Shown: piece by piece, positions 1 to 11,641 of the stretch
Numbering within the stretch: position 1 is the stretch's first letter
Layout: the number at the start of each line of letters is the position of its first letter
NCBI GenBank assembly: GCA_964057225.1
Contig: OZ059899.1
Location: 9,858,001-9,922,000, forward strand
DNA length: 64,000 bases
Source: Auanema rhodensis
Lineage: Eukaryota; Animalia; Nematoda
Direction of reading: 5' to 3'
Made by a program: the position numbers and the translations under genes
Notes under the pieces: model-generated
Told to the model about the DNA's origin: nothing
What the model saw: the letters and a program-made list of their open reading frames with translations, nothing else
The model's database searches: none

Positions 1-410
1 ATTTCTCTATGATTACATAAAACTCTCGTTTGATATACAAAATAGAGAGGAATAACGTTTCCAGGATATCAATGATATCGAATCTAGTGATATTGTGGAA
101 AAATGTAATGTCAGCTCCATAGTTTTTCTTTTAATTTCTCTCATCACAATAGTCTTAGTTTTTTTTTCATAAGAGTTTCTGAAATCTTAGTTGAACAAGG
201 CAGTATATATTTTTTTCTAGAATTCGAAAGCATTTGGGATGGAAATTAGAAAGAAAAGAACTAATTTTTCTTACTTTAAAACAAACAATAAGAAATAAAA
301 TGAAAAAGATTGTTAGATATCCAATTTAAACTTATACATTTACTTCGATGAAGAGCCTATTAGTTTGAAATTTTATGTCTTACAGTTCTCCAACAGAACA
401 GACTGATCCT

Positions 411-820
411 GATTTCTCTATGATTACATAAAACTCTCGTTTGATATACAAAAAGGAGAGGAATAACGTTTCCAGGATATCAATGATATCGAATCTAGTG
501 ATATTGTAGAAAAATGTAATGTCAGCTCCATAGTTTTTCTCTTAATTTCTCTCATCACAATAGTCTTAGTTTTTTTTCATGAGAGTTTCTGAAATCTTAG
601 TTGAACAAGGCAGTATATATTTTTTTCTGGAATTCGAAAGCATTTAGGATGGAAATTAGAAAGAAAAGAACTAGTTTTTCCTACTTTAAAACAAACAATA
701 AGAAATAAAATGAAAAAGATTGTTAGATATCCAATTTAAACTTATACATTTACTTCGATAAAGAGCCTATTAGTTTGAAATTTTATGTCTTACAGTTCTC
801 CAGCAGAACAGACTGATCCT
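411..820 (+). repeat. Example type A monomer (410 bp, no tRNA); about 75 copies
   Basis: Junction reads ttgaacaaggc-agtatatattttttt-ctggaattc. Copy number estimated by subtraction, not counted. Confidence 0.93.
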
Positions 821-1018
821 GATTTCTCTATGATTTCATAAAACTCTCGTTTGATATACAAAAAGGAGAGGAATAACGTTTCCAGGACATCAATGATATC
901 GAATCTAGTGATATTGTAGAAAAATGTAATGTCAGCTCCATAGTTTTTCTCTTAATTTCTCTCATCACAATAGTCTTAGTTTTTTTTCATAAGAGTTTCT
1001 GAAATCTTAGTTGAACAA

Positions 1019-1091
1019 GGCCGCGTGGCGCAATGGATAACGCGTCTGCCTACGGAGCAGAAGATTGTAGGTTCGAATCCTGCCGTGGTCG
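1019..1091 (+). tRNA. tRNA-Arg(ACG)
   Basis: 73 nt cloverleaf: acceptor GGCCGCG/CGTGGTC, anticodon arm TCTGC-CTACGGA-GCAGA, T arm GTAGG-TTCGAAT-CCTGC; A and B boxes present, no encoded CCA, T7 run just downstream. Confidence 0.96.
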
Positions 1092-1095
1092 TAAA

Positions 1096-1102
1096 TTTTT
1101 TT
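1096..1102 (+). terminator. RNA Pol III oligo-T terminator (example; present after the other copies except 10716)
   Basis: taaa-TTTTTTT-c immediately after the discriminator base. Confidence 0.85.
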
Positions 1103-1625
1103 CATTTCACTTGTCATTTATAAAAATCGAATTTATCTTCTTCAACGATTTGTTTTGCAATGTGTCATATGAATTTCATATTTGAACAAAACGTTTTTTA
1201 AGAAGTTTTTTTGTTGTCAACATATATATTTTCCTGGAATTCGAAAGCATTTGGGATGGAAATTAGAAAGAAAAGAACTAGTTTTTCCTACTTTAAAACA
1301 AACAATAAGAAATAAAATGAAAAAGATTGTTAGATATCCAATTTAAACTTATACATTTACTTCGATAAAGAGCCTATTAGTTTGAAATTTTATGTCTTAC
1401 AGTTCTCCAGCAGAACAGACTGATCCTGATTTCTCTATGATTTCATAAAACTCTCGTTTGATATACAAAAAGGAGAGGAATAACGTTTCCAGGACATCAA
1501 TGATATCGAATCTAGTGATATTGTAGAAAAATGTAATGTCAGCTCCATAGTTTTTCTCTTAATTTCTCTCATCACAATAGTCTTAGTTTTTTTTCATAAG
1601 AGTTTCTGAAATCTTAGTTGAACAA

Positions 1626-1698
1626 GGCCGCGTGGCGCAATGGATAACGCGTCTGCCTACGGAGCAGAAGATTGTAGGTTCGAATCCTGCCGTGGTCG
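1626..1698 (+). tRNA. tRNA-Arg(ACG)
   Basis: Same sequence as 1019-1091. Confidence 0.95.
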
Positions 1699-2034
1699 TA
1701 AATTTTTTTCATTTCACTTGTCATTTATAAAAATCGAATTTATCTTCTTCAACGATTTGTTTTGCAATGTGTCATAAGAATTTCATATTTGAACAAAACG
1801 TTTTTTAAGAAGTTTTTTTGTTGTCAACATATATATTTTCCTGGAATTCGAAAGCATTTGGGATGGAAATTAGAAAGAAAAGAACTAGTTTTTCCTACTT
1901 TAAAACAAACAATAAGAAATAAAATGAAAAAGATTGTTAGATATCCAATTTAAACTTATACATTTACTTCGATAAAGAGCCTATTAGTTTGAAATTTTAT
2001 GTCTTACAGTTCTCCAACAAAACAGACTGATCCT

Positions 2035-2280
2035 GATTTCTCTATGATTACATAAAACTCTCGTTTGATATAAAAGCATATTGGATAGAAATTTCGAAAG
2101 CATTTTGGATGAAAATTAGAAAGAAAAGAACTAGTTTTTCCTACTTTAAAACAAACAATAAGAAATAAAATGAAAAAGATTGTTAGATATCCAATTTAAA
2201 CTTATACATTTACTTCGATAAAGAGCCTATTAGTTTGAAATTTTATGTCTTACAGTTCTCCAACAGAACAGACTGATCCT
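2035..2280 (+). repeat. Example type C monomer (~245 bp); about 19 copies
   Basis: Core end ttgatat is followed directly by aaaagcatattggatagaaatttcgaaagc, skipping the pre-tRNA segment. Confidence 0.92.
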
Positions 2281-3709
2281 GATTTCTCTATGATTACATA
2301 AAACTCTCGTTTGATATACAAAAAGGAGAGGAATAACGTTTCCAGGATATCAATGATATCGAATCTAGTGATATTGTAGAAAAATGTAATGTCAGCTCCA
2401 TAGTTTTTCTCTTAATTTCTCTCATCACAATAGTCTTAGTTTTTTTTCATAAGAGTTTCTGAAATCTTAGTTGAACAAGGCAGTATATATTTTTTTCTGG
2501 AATTCGAAAGCATTTGGGATGGAAATTAGAAAGAAAAGAACTAGTTTTTCCTACTTTAAAACAAACAATAAGAAATAAAATGAAAAAGATTGTTAGATAT
2601 CCTATTTAAACTTATACATTTACTTCGATAAAGAGCCTATTAGTTTGAAATTTTATGTCTTACAGTTCACCAACAGAACAGACTGATCCTGATTTCTCTA
2701 TGATTACATAAAACTCTCGTTTGATATACAAAATAGAGAGGAATAACGTTTCCAGGATATCAATGATATCGAATCTAGTGATATTGTGGAAAAATGTAAT
2801 GTCAGCTCCATAGTTTTTCTTTTAATTTCTCTCATCACAATAGTCTTAGTTTTTTTTTCATAAGAGTTTCTGAAATCTTAGTTGAACAAGGCAGTATATA
2901 TTTTTTTCTAGAATTCGAAAGCATTTGGGATGGAAATTAGAAAGAAAAGAACTAATTTTTCTTACTTTAAAACAAACAATAAGAAATAAAATGAAAAAGA
3001 TTGTTAGATATCCAATTTAAACTTATACATTTACTTCGATAAAGAGCCTATTAGTTTGAAATTTTATGTCTTACAGTTCTCCAACAGAACAGACTGATCC
3101 TGATTTCTCTATGATTACATAAAACTCTCGTTTGATATACAAAAAGGAGAGGAATAACGTTTCCAGGATATCAATGATATCGAATCTAGTGATATTGTAG
3201 AAAAATGTAATGTCAGCTCCATAGTTTTTCTCTTAATTTCTCTCATCACAATAGTCTTAGTTTTTTTTCATGAGAGTTTCTGAAATCTTAGTTGAACAAG
3301 GCAGTATATATTTTTTTCTGGAATTCGAAAGCATTTAGGATGGAAATTAGAAAGAAAAGAACTAGTTTTTCCTACTTTAAAACAAACAATAAGAAATAAA
3401 ATGAAAAAGATTGTTAGATATCCAATTTAAACTTATACATTTACTTCGATAAAGAGCCTATTAGTTTGAAATTTTATGTCTTACAGTTCTCCAGCAGAAC
3501 AGACTGATCCTGATTTCTCTATGATTTCATAAAACTCTCGTTTGATATACAAAAAGGAGAGGAATAACGTTTCCAGGACATCAATGATATCGAATCTAGT
3601 GATATTGTAGAAAAATGTAATGTCAGCTCCATAGTTTTTCTCTTAATTTCTCTCATCACAATAGTCTTAGTTTTTTTTCATAAGAGTTTCTGAAATCTTA
3701 GTTGAACAA

Positions 3710-3782
3710 GGCCGCGTGGCGCAATGGATAACGCGTCTGCCTACGGAGCAGAAGATTGTAGGTTCGAATCCTGCCGTGGTCG
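3710..3782 (+). tRNA. tRNA-Arg(ACG)
   Basis: Same sequence as 1019-1091. Confidence 0.95.
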
Positions 3783-4316
3783 TAAATTTTTTTCATTTCA
3801 CTTGTCATTTATAAAAATCGAATTTATCTTCTTCAACGATTTGTTTTGCAATGTGTCATATGAATTTCATATTTGAACAAAACGTTTTTTAAGAAGTTTT
3901 TTTGTTGTCAACATATATATTTTCCTGGAATTCGAAAGCATTTGGGATGGAAATTAGAAAGAAAAGAACTAGTTTTTCCTACTTTAAAACAAACAATAAG
4001 AAATAAAATGAAAAAGATTGTTAGATATCCAATTTAAACTTATACATTTACTTCGATAAAGAGCCTATTAGTTTGAAATTTTATGTCTTACAGTTCTCCA
4101 GCAGAACAGACTGATCCTGATTTCTCTATGATTTCATAAAACTCTCGTTTGATATACAAAAAGGAGAGGAATAACGTTTCCAGGACATCAATGATATCGA
4201 ATCTAGTGATATTGTAGAAAAATGTAATGTCAGCTCCATAGTTTTTCTCTTAATTTCTCTCATCACAATAGTCTTAGTTTTTTTTCATAAGAGTTTCTGA
4301 AATCTTAGTTGAACAA

Positions 4317-4389
4317 GGCCGCGTGGCGCAATGGATAACGCGTCTGCCTACGGAGCAGAAGATTGTAGGTTCGAATCCTGCCGTGGTCG
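4317..4389 (+). tRNA. tRNA-Arg(ACG)
   Basis: Same sequence as 1019-1091. Confidence 0.95.
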
Positions 4390-5990
4390 TAAATTTTTTT
4401 CATTTCACTTGTCATTTATAAAAATCGAATTTATCTTCTTCAACGATTTGTTTTGCAATGTGTCATAAGAATTTCATATTTGAACAAAACGTTTTTTAAG
4501 AAGTTTTTTTGTTGTCAACATATATATTTTCCTGGAATTCGAAAGCATTTGGGATGGAAATTAGAAAGAAAAGAACTAGTTTTTCCTACTTTAAAACAAA
4601 CAATAAGAAATAAAATGAAAAAGATTGTTAGATATCCAATTTAAACTTATACATTTACTTCGATAAAGAGCCTATTAGTTTGAAATTTTATGTCTTACAG
4701 TTCTCCAACAAAACAGACTGATCCTGATTTCTCTATGATTACATAAAACTCTCGTTTGATATAAAAGCATATTGGATAGAAATTTCGAAAGCATTTTGGA
4801 TGAAAATTAGAAAGAAAAGAACTAGTTTTTCCTACTTTAAAACAAACAATAAGAAATAAAATGAAAAAGATTGTTAGATATCCAATTTAAACTTATACAT
4901 TTACTTCGATAAAGAGCCTATTAGTTTGAAATTTTATGTCTTACAGTTCTCCAACAGAACAGACTGATCCTGATTTCTCTATGATTACATAAAACTCTCG
5001 TTTGATATACAAAAAGGAGAGGAATAACGTTTCCAGGATATCAATGATATCGAATCTAGTGATATTGTAGAAAAATGTAATGTCAGCTCCATAGTTTTTC
5101 TCTTAATTTCTCTCATCACAATAGTCTTAGTTTTTTTTCATAAGAGTTTCTGAAATCTTAGTTGAACAAGGCAGTATATATTTTTTTCTGGTATTCGAAA
5201 GCATTTGGGATGGAAATTAGAAAAAAAAGAACTAGTTTTTCCTACTTTAAAACAAACAATAAGAAATAAAATGAAAAAGATTGTTAGATATCCAATTTAA
5301 ACTTATACATTTACTTCGATAAAGAGCCTATTAGTTTGAAATTTTATGTCTTACAGTTCTCCAACAGAACAGACTGATCCTGATTTCTCTATGATTACAT
5401 AAAACTCTCGTTTGATATACAAAATAGAGAGGAATAACGTTTCCAGGATATCAATGATATCGAATCTAGTGATATTGTGGAAAAATGTAATGTCAGCTCC
5501 ATAGTTTTTCTCTTAATTTCTCTCATCACAATAGTCTTAGTTTTTTTTTCATAAGAGTTTCTGAAATCTTAGTTGAACAAGGCAGTATATATTTTTTTCT
5601 GGAATTCGAAAGCATTTGGGATGGAAATTAGAAAGAAAAGAACTAGTTTTTCCTACTTTAAAACAAACAATAAGAAATAAAATGAAAAAGATTGTTAGAT
5701 ATCCAATTTAAACTTATACATTTACTTCGATAAAGAGCCTATTAGTTTGAAATTTTATGTCTTACAGTTCTCCAACAGAACAGACTGATCCTGATTTCTC
5801 TATGATTACATAAAACTCTCGTTTGATATACGAAATAGAGAGGAATAACGTTTCCAGGATATCAATGATATCGAATCTAGTGATATTGTGGAAAAATGTA
5901 ATGTCAGCTCCATAGTTTTTCTCTTAATTTCTCTCATCACAATAGTCTTAGTTTTTTTTCATAAGAGTTTCTGAAATCTTAGTTGAACAA

Positions 5991-6063
5991 GGCCGCGTGG
6001 AGCAATGGATAACGCGTCTGCCTACGGAGCAGAAGATTGTAGGTTCGAATCCTGCCGTGGTCG
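5991..6063 (+). tRNA. tRNA-Arg(ACG), C11A variant (possibly impaired)
   Basis: A at 6001 breaks the C11-G24 D-stem pair and alters the A box. Confidence 0.85.
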
Positions 6064-6597
6064 TAAATTTTTTTCTTTTCACTTGTCATTTATAAAAATC
6101 GAATTTATCTTCTTCAACGATTTGTTTTGCAATGTGTCATAAGAATTTCATAGTTGAACAAAACGTTTTTTAAGAAGTTTTTTTGTTGTCAACATATATA
6201 TTTTCCTGGAATTCGAAAGCATTTGGGATGGAAATTAGAAAGAAAAGAATTAGTTTTTCCTACTTTAAAACAAACAATAAGAAATAAAATGAAAAAGATT
6301 GTTAGATATCCAATTTAAACTTATACATTTACTTCGATAAAGAGCCTATTAGTTTGAAATTTTATGTCTTACAGTTCTCCAACAGAACAGACTGATCCTG
6401 ATTTCTCTATGATTACATAAAACTCTCGTTTGATATACAAAAAGGAGAGGAATAACGTTTCCAGGATATCAATGATATCGAATCTAGTGATATTGTAGAA
6501 AAATGTAATGTCAGCTCCATAGTTTTTCTCTTAATTTCTCTCATCACAATAGTCTTAGTTTTTTTTCATAAGAGTTTCTGAAATCTTAGTTGAACAA

Positions 6598-6670
6598 GGC
6601 CGCGTGGCGCAATGGATAACGCGTCTGCCTACGGAGCAGAAGATTGTAGGTTCGAATCCTGCCGTGGTCG
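6598..6670 (+). tRNA. tRNA-Arg(ACG)
   Basis: Same sequence as 1019-1091. Confidence 0.95.
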
Positions 6671-7450
6671 TAAATTTTTTTCATTTCACTTGTCATTTAT
6701 AAAAATCGAATTTATCTTCTTCAACGATTATTTTTGCAATGTGTCATAAGAATTTCATAGTTGAACAGAACGTTTTTTAAGAAGTTTTTTTGTTGTCAAC
6801 ATATATATTTTCCTGGAATTCGAAAGCATTTGGGATGGAAATTAGAAAGGAAAGAACTAGTTTTTCCTACTTTAAAACAAACAATAAAAAATAAAATGAA
6901 AAAGATTGTTAGATATCCAATTTAAACTTATACATTTACTTCGATAAACAGCCTATTAGTTTGAAATTTTATGTCTTACAGTTCTCCAACAGAACAGACT
7001 GATCCTGATTTCTCTATGATTACATAAAACTCTCGTTTGATATAAAAGCATATTGGATCGAAATTTCGAAAGCATTTTGGATGAAAATTAGAAAGAAAAG
7101 AATTAGTTTTTCCTACTTTAAAACAAACAATAAGAAATAATATGAAAAAGATTGTTAGATATCCAATTTAAACTTATACATTTACTTCGATAAAGAGCCT
7201 ATTAGTTTGAAATTTCATGTCTTACAGTTCTCCAACAGAACAGACTAATCCTGATTTCTCTATGATTACATAAAACTCTCGTTTGATATACAAAAAGGAG
7301 AGGAATAACGTTTCCAGGATATCAATGATATCGAATCTAGTGATATTGTAGAAAAATGTAATGTCAGCTCCATAGTTTTTCTCTTAATTTCTCTCATCAC
7401 AATAGTCTTAGTTTTTTTTCATAAGAGTTTCTGAAATCTTAGTTGAACAA

Positions 7451-7523
7451 GGCCGCGTGGCGCAATGGATAACGCGTCTGCCTACGGAGCAGAAGATTGT
7501 AGGTTCGAATCCTGCCGTGGTCG
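7451..7523 (+). tRNA. tRNA-Arg(ACG)
   Basis: Same sequence as 1019-1091. Confidence 0.95.
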
Positions 7524-10108
7524 TAAATTTTTTTCATTTCACTTGTCATTTATAAAAATCGAATTTATCTTCTTCAACGATTATTTTTGCAATGTGTCAT
7601 AAGAATTTCATAGTTGAACAAAACGTTTTTTAAGAAGTTTTTTTGTTGTCAACATATATATTTTCCTGGAATTCGAAAGCATTTGGGATGGAAATTAGAA
7701 AGAAAAGAACTAGTTTTTTCTACTTTAAAACAAACAATAAGAAATAAAATGAAAAAGATTGTTAGATATCCAATTTAAACTTATACATTTACTTGGATAA
7801 AGAGCCTATTAGTTTGAAATTTTATGTCTTACAGTTCTCCAACAGAACAGACTGATCCTGATTTCTCTATGATTACATAAAACTCTCGTTTGATATACAA
7901 AATAGAGAGGAATAACGTTTCCAGGATATCAATGATATCGAATCTAGTGATATTGTAGAAAAATGTAATGTCAGCTCCATAGTTTTTCTCTTAATTTCTC
8001 TCATCACAATAGTCTTAGTTTTTTTTCATAAGAGTTTCTGAAATCTTAGTTGAACAAGGCATTATATATTTTTTTCTGGAATTCGAAAGCATTTGGGATG
8101 GAAATTAGAAAGAAAAGAACTAGTTTTTCCTACTTTAAAACAAACAATAAGAAATAAATTGAAAAAGATTGTTAGATATCCAATTTAAACTTATACATTT
8201 ACTTCGATAAAGAGCCTATTAGTTTGAAATTTTATGTCTTACAGTTCTCCAACAGAACAGACTGATCCTGATTTCTCTATGATTACATAAAACTCTCGTT
8301 TGATATACAAAAAGGAGAGGAATAACGTTTCCAGGATATCAATGATATCGAATCTATTGATATTGTAGAAAAATGTAATGTCAGCTCCATAGTTTTTCTC
8401 TTAATTTCTCTCATCACAATAGTCTCAGTTTTTTTTCATAAGAGTTTCTGAAATCTTAGTTGAACAAGGCAGTATATATTTTTTTCTGGAATTCGAAAGC
8501 ATTTGGGATGGAAATTAGAAAGAAAAGAACTAGTTTTTCCTACTTTAAAACAAACAATAAGAAATAAAATGAAAAAGATTGTTAGATATCCAATTTAAAC
8601 TTATACATTTACTTCGATAAAGAGCCTATTAGTTTGAAATTTTATGTCTTACAGTTCTCCAACAGAACAGACTGATCCTGATTTCTCTATGATTACATAA
8701 AACTCTCGTTTGATATACAAAAAGGAGAGGAATAACGTTTCCAGGATATCAATGATATCGAATCTAGTGATATTGTAGAAAAATGTAATGTCAGCTCCAT
8801 AGTTTTTCTCTTAATTTCTCTCATCACAATAGTCTTAGTTTTTTTTCATAAGAGTTTCTGAAATCTTAGTTGAACAAGGCAGTATATATTTTTTTCTGGA
8901 ATTCGAAAGCATTTGGGATGGAAATTAGAAAGAAAAGAACTAGTTTTTCCTACTTTAAAACAAACAATAAGAAATAAAATGAAAAAGATTGTTAGATATC
9001 CTATTTAAACTTATACATTTACTTCGATAAAGAGCCTATTAGTTTGAAATTTTATGTCTTACAGTTCACCAACAGAACAGACTGATCCTGATTTCTCTAT
9101 GATTACATAAAACTCTCGTTTGATATACAAAATAGAGAGGAATAACGTTTCCAGGATATCAATGATATCGAATCTAGTGATATTGTGGAAAAATGTAATG
9201 TCAGCTCCATAGTTTTTCTTTTAATTTCTCTCATCACAATAGTCTTAGTTTTTTTTTCATAAGAGTTTCTGAAATCTTAGTTGAACAAGGCAGTATATAT
9301 TTTTTTCTAGAATTCGAAAGCATTTGGGATGGAAATTAGAAAGAAAAGAACTAATTTTTCTTACTTTAAAACAAACAATAAGAAATAAAATGAAAAAGAT
9401 TGTTAGATATCCAATTTAAACTTATACATTTACTTCGATAAAGAGCCTATTAGTTTGAAATTTTATGTCTTACAGTTCTCCAACAGAACAGACTGATCCT
9501 GATTTCTCTATGATTACATAAAACTCTCGTTTGATATACAAAAAGGAGAGGAATAACGTTTCCAGGATATCAATGATATCGAATCTAGTGATATTGTAGA
9601 AAAATGTAATGTCAGCTCCATAGTTTTTCTCTTAATTTCTCTCATCACAATAGTCTTAGTTTTTTTTCATGAGAGTTTCTGAAATCTTAGTTGAACAAGG
9701 CAGTATATATTTTTTTCTGGAATTCGAAAGCATTTAGGATGGAAATTAGAAAGAAAAGAACTAGTTTTTCCTACTTTAAAACAAACAATAAGAAATAAAA
9801 TGAAAAAGATTGTTAGATATCCAATTTAAACTTATACATTTACTTCGATAAAGAGCCTATTAGTTTGAAATTTTATGTCTTACAGTTCTCCAGCAGAACA
9901 GACTGATCCTGATTTCTCTATGATTTCATAAAACTCTCGTTTGATATACAAAAAGGAGAGGAATAACGTTTCCAGGACATCAATGATATCGAATCTAGTG
10001 ATATTGTAGAAAAATGTAATGTCAGCTCCATAGTTTTTCTCTTAATTTCTCTCATCACAATAGTCTTAGTTTTTTTTCATAAGAGTTTCTGAAATCTTAG
10101 TTGAACAA

Positions 10109-10181
10109 GGCCGCGTGGCGCAATGGATAACGCGTCTGCCTACGGAGCAGAAGATTGTAGGTTCGAATCCTGCCGTGGTCG
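10109..10181 (+). tRNA. tRNA-Arg(ACG)
   Basis: Same sequence as 1019-1091. Confidence 0.95.
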
Positions 10182-10715
10182 TAAATTTTTTTCATTTCAC
10201 TTGTCATTTATAAAAATCGAATTTATCTTCTTCAACGATTTGTTTTGCAATGTGTCATATGAATTTCATATTTGAACAAAACGTTTTTTAAGAAGTTTTT
10301 TTGTTGTCAACATATATATTTTCCTGGAATTCGAAAGCATTTGGGATGGAAATTAGAAAGAAAAGAACTAGTTTTTCCTACTTTAAAACAAACAATAAGA
10401 AATAAAATGAAAAAGATTGTTAGATATCCAATTTAAACTTATACATTTACTTCGATAAAGAGCCTATTAGTTTGAAATTTTATGTCTTACAGTTCTCCAG
10501 CAGAACAGACTGATCCTGATTTCTCTATGATTTCATAAAACTCTCGTTTGATATACAAAAAGGAGAGGAATAACGTTTCCAGGACATCAATGATATCGAA
10601 TCTAGTGATATTGTAGAAAAATGTAATGTCAGCTCCATAGTTTTTCTCTTAATTTCTCTCATCACAATAGTCTTAGTTTTTTTTCATAAGAGTTTCTGAA
10701 ATCTTAGTTGAACAA

Positions 10716-10788
10716 GGCCGCGTGGCGCAATGGATAACGCGTCTGCCTACGGAGCAGAAGATTGTAGGTTCGAATCCTGCCGTGGTCG
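10716..10788 (+). tRNA. tRNA-Arg(ACG), interrupted terminator
   Basis: Gene body identical; downstream run is TTTCTTT. Confidence 0.93.
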
Positions 10789-11568
10789 TAAATTTCTTTC
10801 ATTTCACTTGTCATTTATAAAAATCGAATTTATCTTCTTCAACGATTTGTTTTGCAATGTGTCATAAGAATTTCATATTTGAACAAAACGTTTTTTAAGA
10901 AGTTTTTTTGTTGTCAACATATATATTTTCCTGGAATTCGAAAGCATTTGGGATGGAAATTAGAAAGAAAAGAACTAGTTTTTCCTACTTTAAAACAAAC
11001 AATAAGAAATAAAATGAAAAAGATTGTTAGATATCCAATTTAAACTTATACATTTACTTCGATAAAGAGCCTATTAGTTTGAAATTTTATGTCTTACAGT
11101 TCTCCAACAAAACAGACTGATCCTGATTTCTCTATGATTACATAAAACTCTCGTTTGATATAAAAGCATATTGGATAGAAATTTCGAAAGCATTTTGGAT
11201 GAAAATTAGAAAGAAAAGAACTAGTTTTTCCTACTTTAAAACAAACAATAAGAAATAAAATGAAAAAGATTGTTAGATATCCAATTTAAACTTATACATT
11301 TACTTCGATAAAGAGCCTATTAGTTTGAAATTTTATGTCTTACAGTTCTCCAACAGAACAGACTGATCCTGATTTCTCTATGATTACATAAAACTCTCGT
11401 TTGATATACAAAAAGGAGAGGAATAACGTTTCCAGGATATCAATGATATCGAATCTAGTGATATTGTAGAAAAATGTAATGTCAGCTCCATAGTTTTTCT
11501 CTTAATTTCTCTCATCACAATAGTCTTAGTTTTTTTTCATAAGAGTTTCTGAAATCTTAGTTGAACAA

Positions 11569-11641
11569 GGCCGCGTGGCGCAATGGATAACGCGTCTGCC
11601 TACGGAGCAGAAGATTGTAGGTTCGAATCCTGCCGTGGTCG
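11569..11641 (+). tRNA. tRNA-Arg(ACG)
   Basis: Same sequence as 1019-1091. Confidence 0.95.

Larger units (their letters stand above)
821..1427 (+). repeat. Example type B monomer (607 bp, contains tRNA-Arg); 38 copies
   Basis: Same as type A up to ttgaacaaggc, then the tRNA body and a ~140 bp AT-rich 3' flank before rejoining the core at ggaattcgaaagc. Confidence 0.95.

Noticed and set aside
150-170. T8/T9 homopolymer length variants as meaningful monomer classes
   Set aside because: Slippage or sequencing error explains them; used only as weak markers.
1762-11043. 63-aa ORFs at 1762, 4453 and 10852
   Set aside because: TTG starts, satellite-derived, and open only in one SNP haplotype (tat in place of tag); no recognisable domain.
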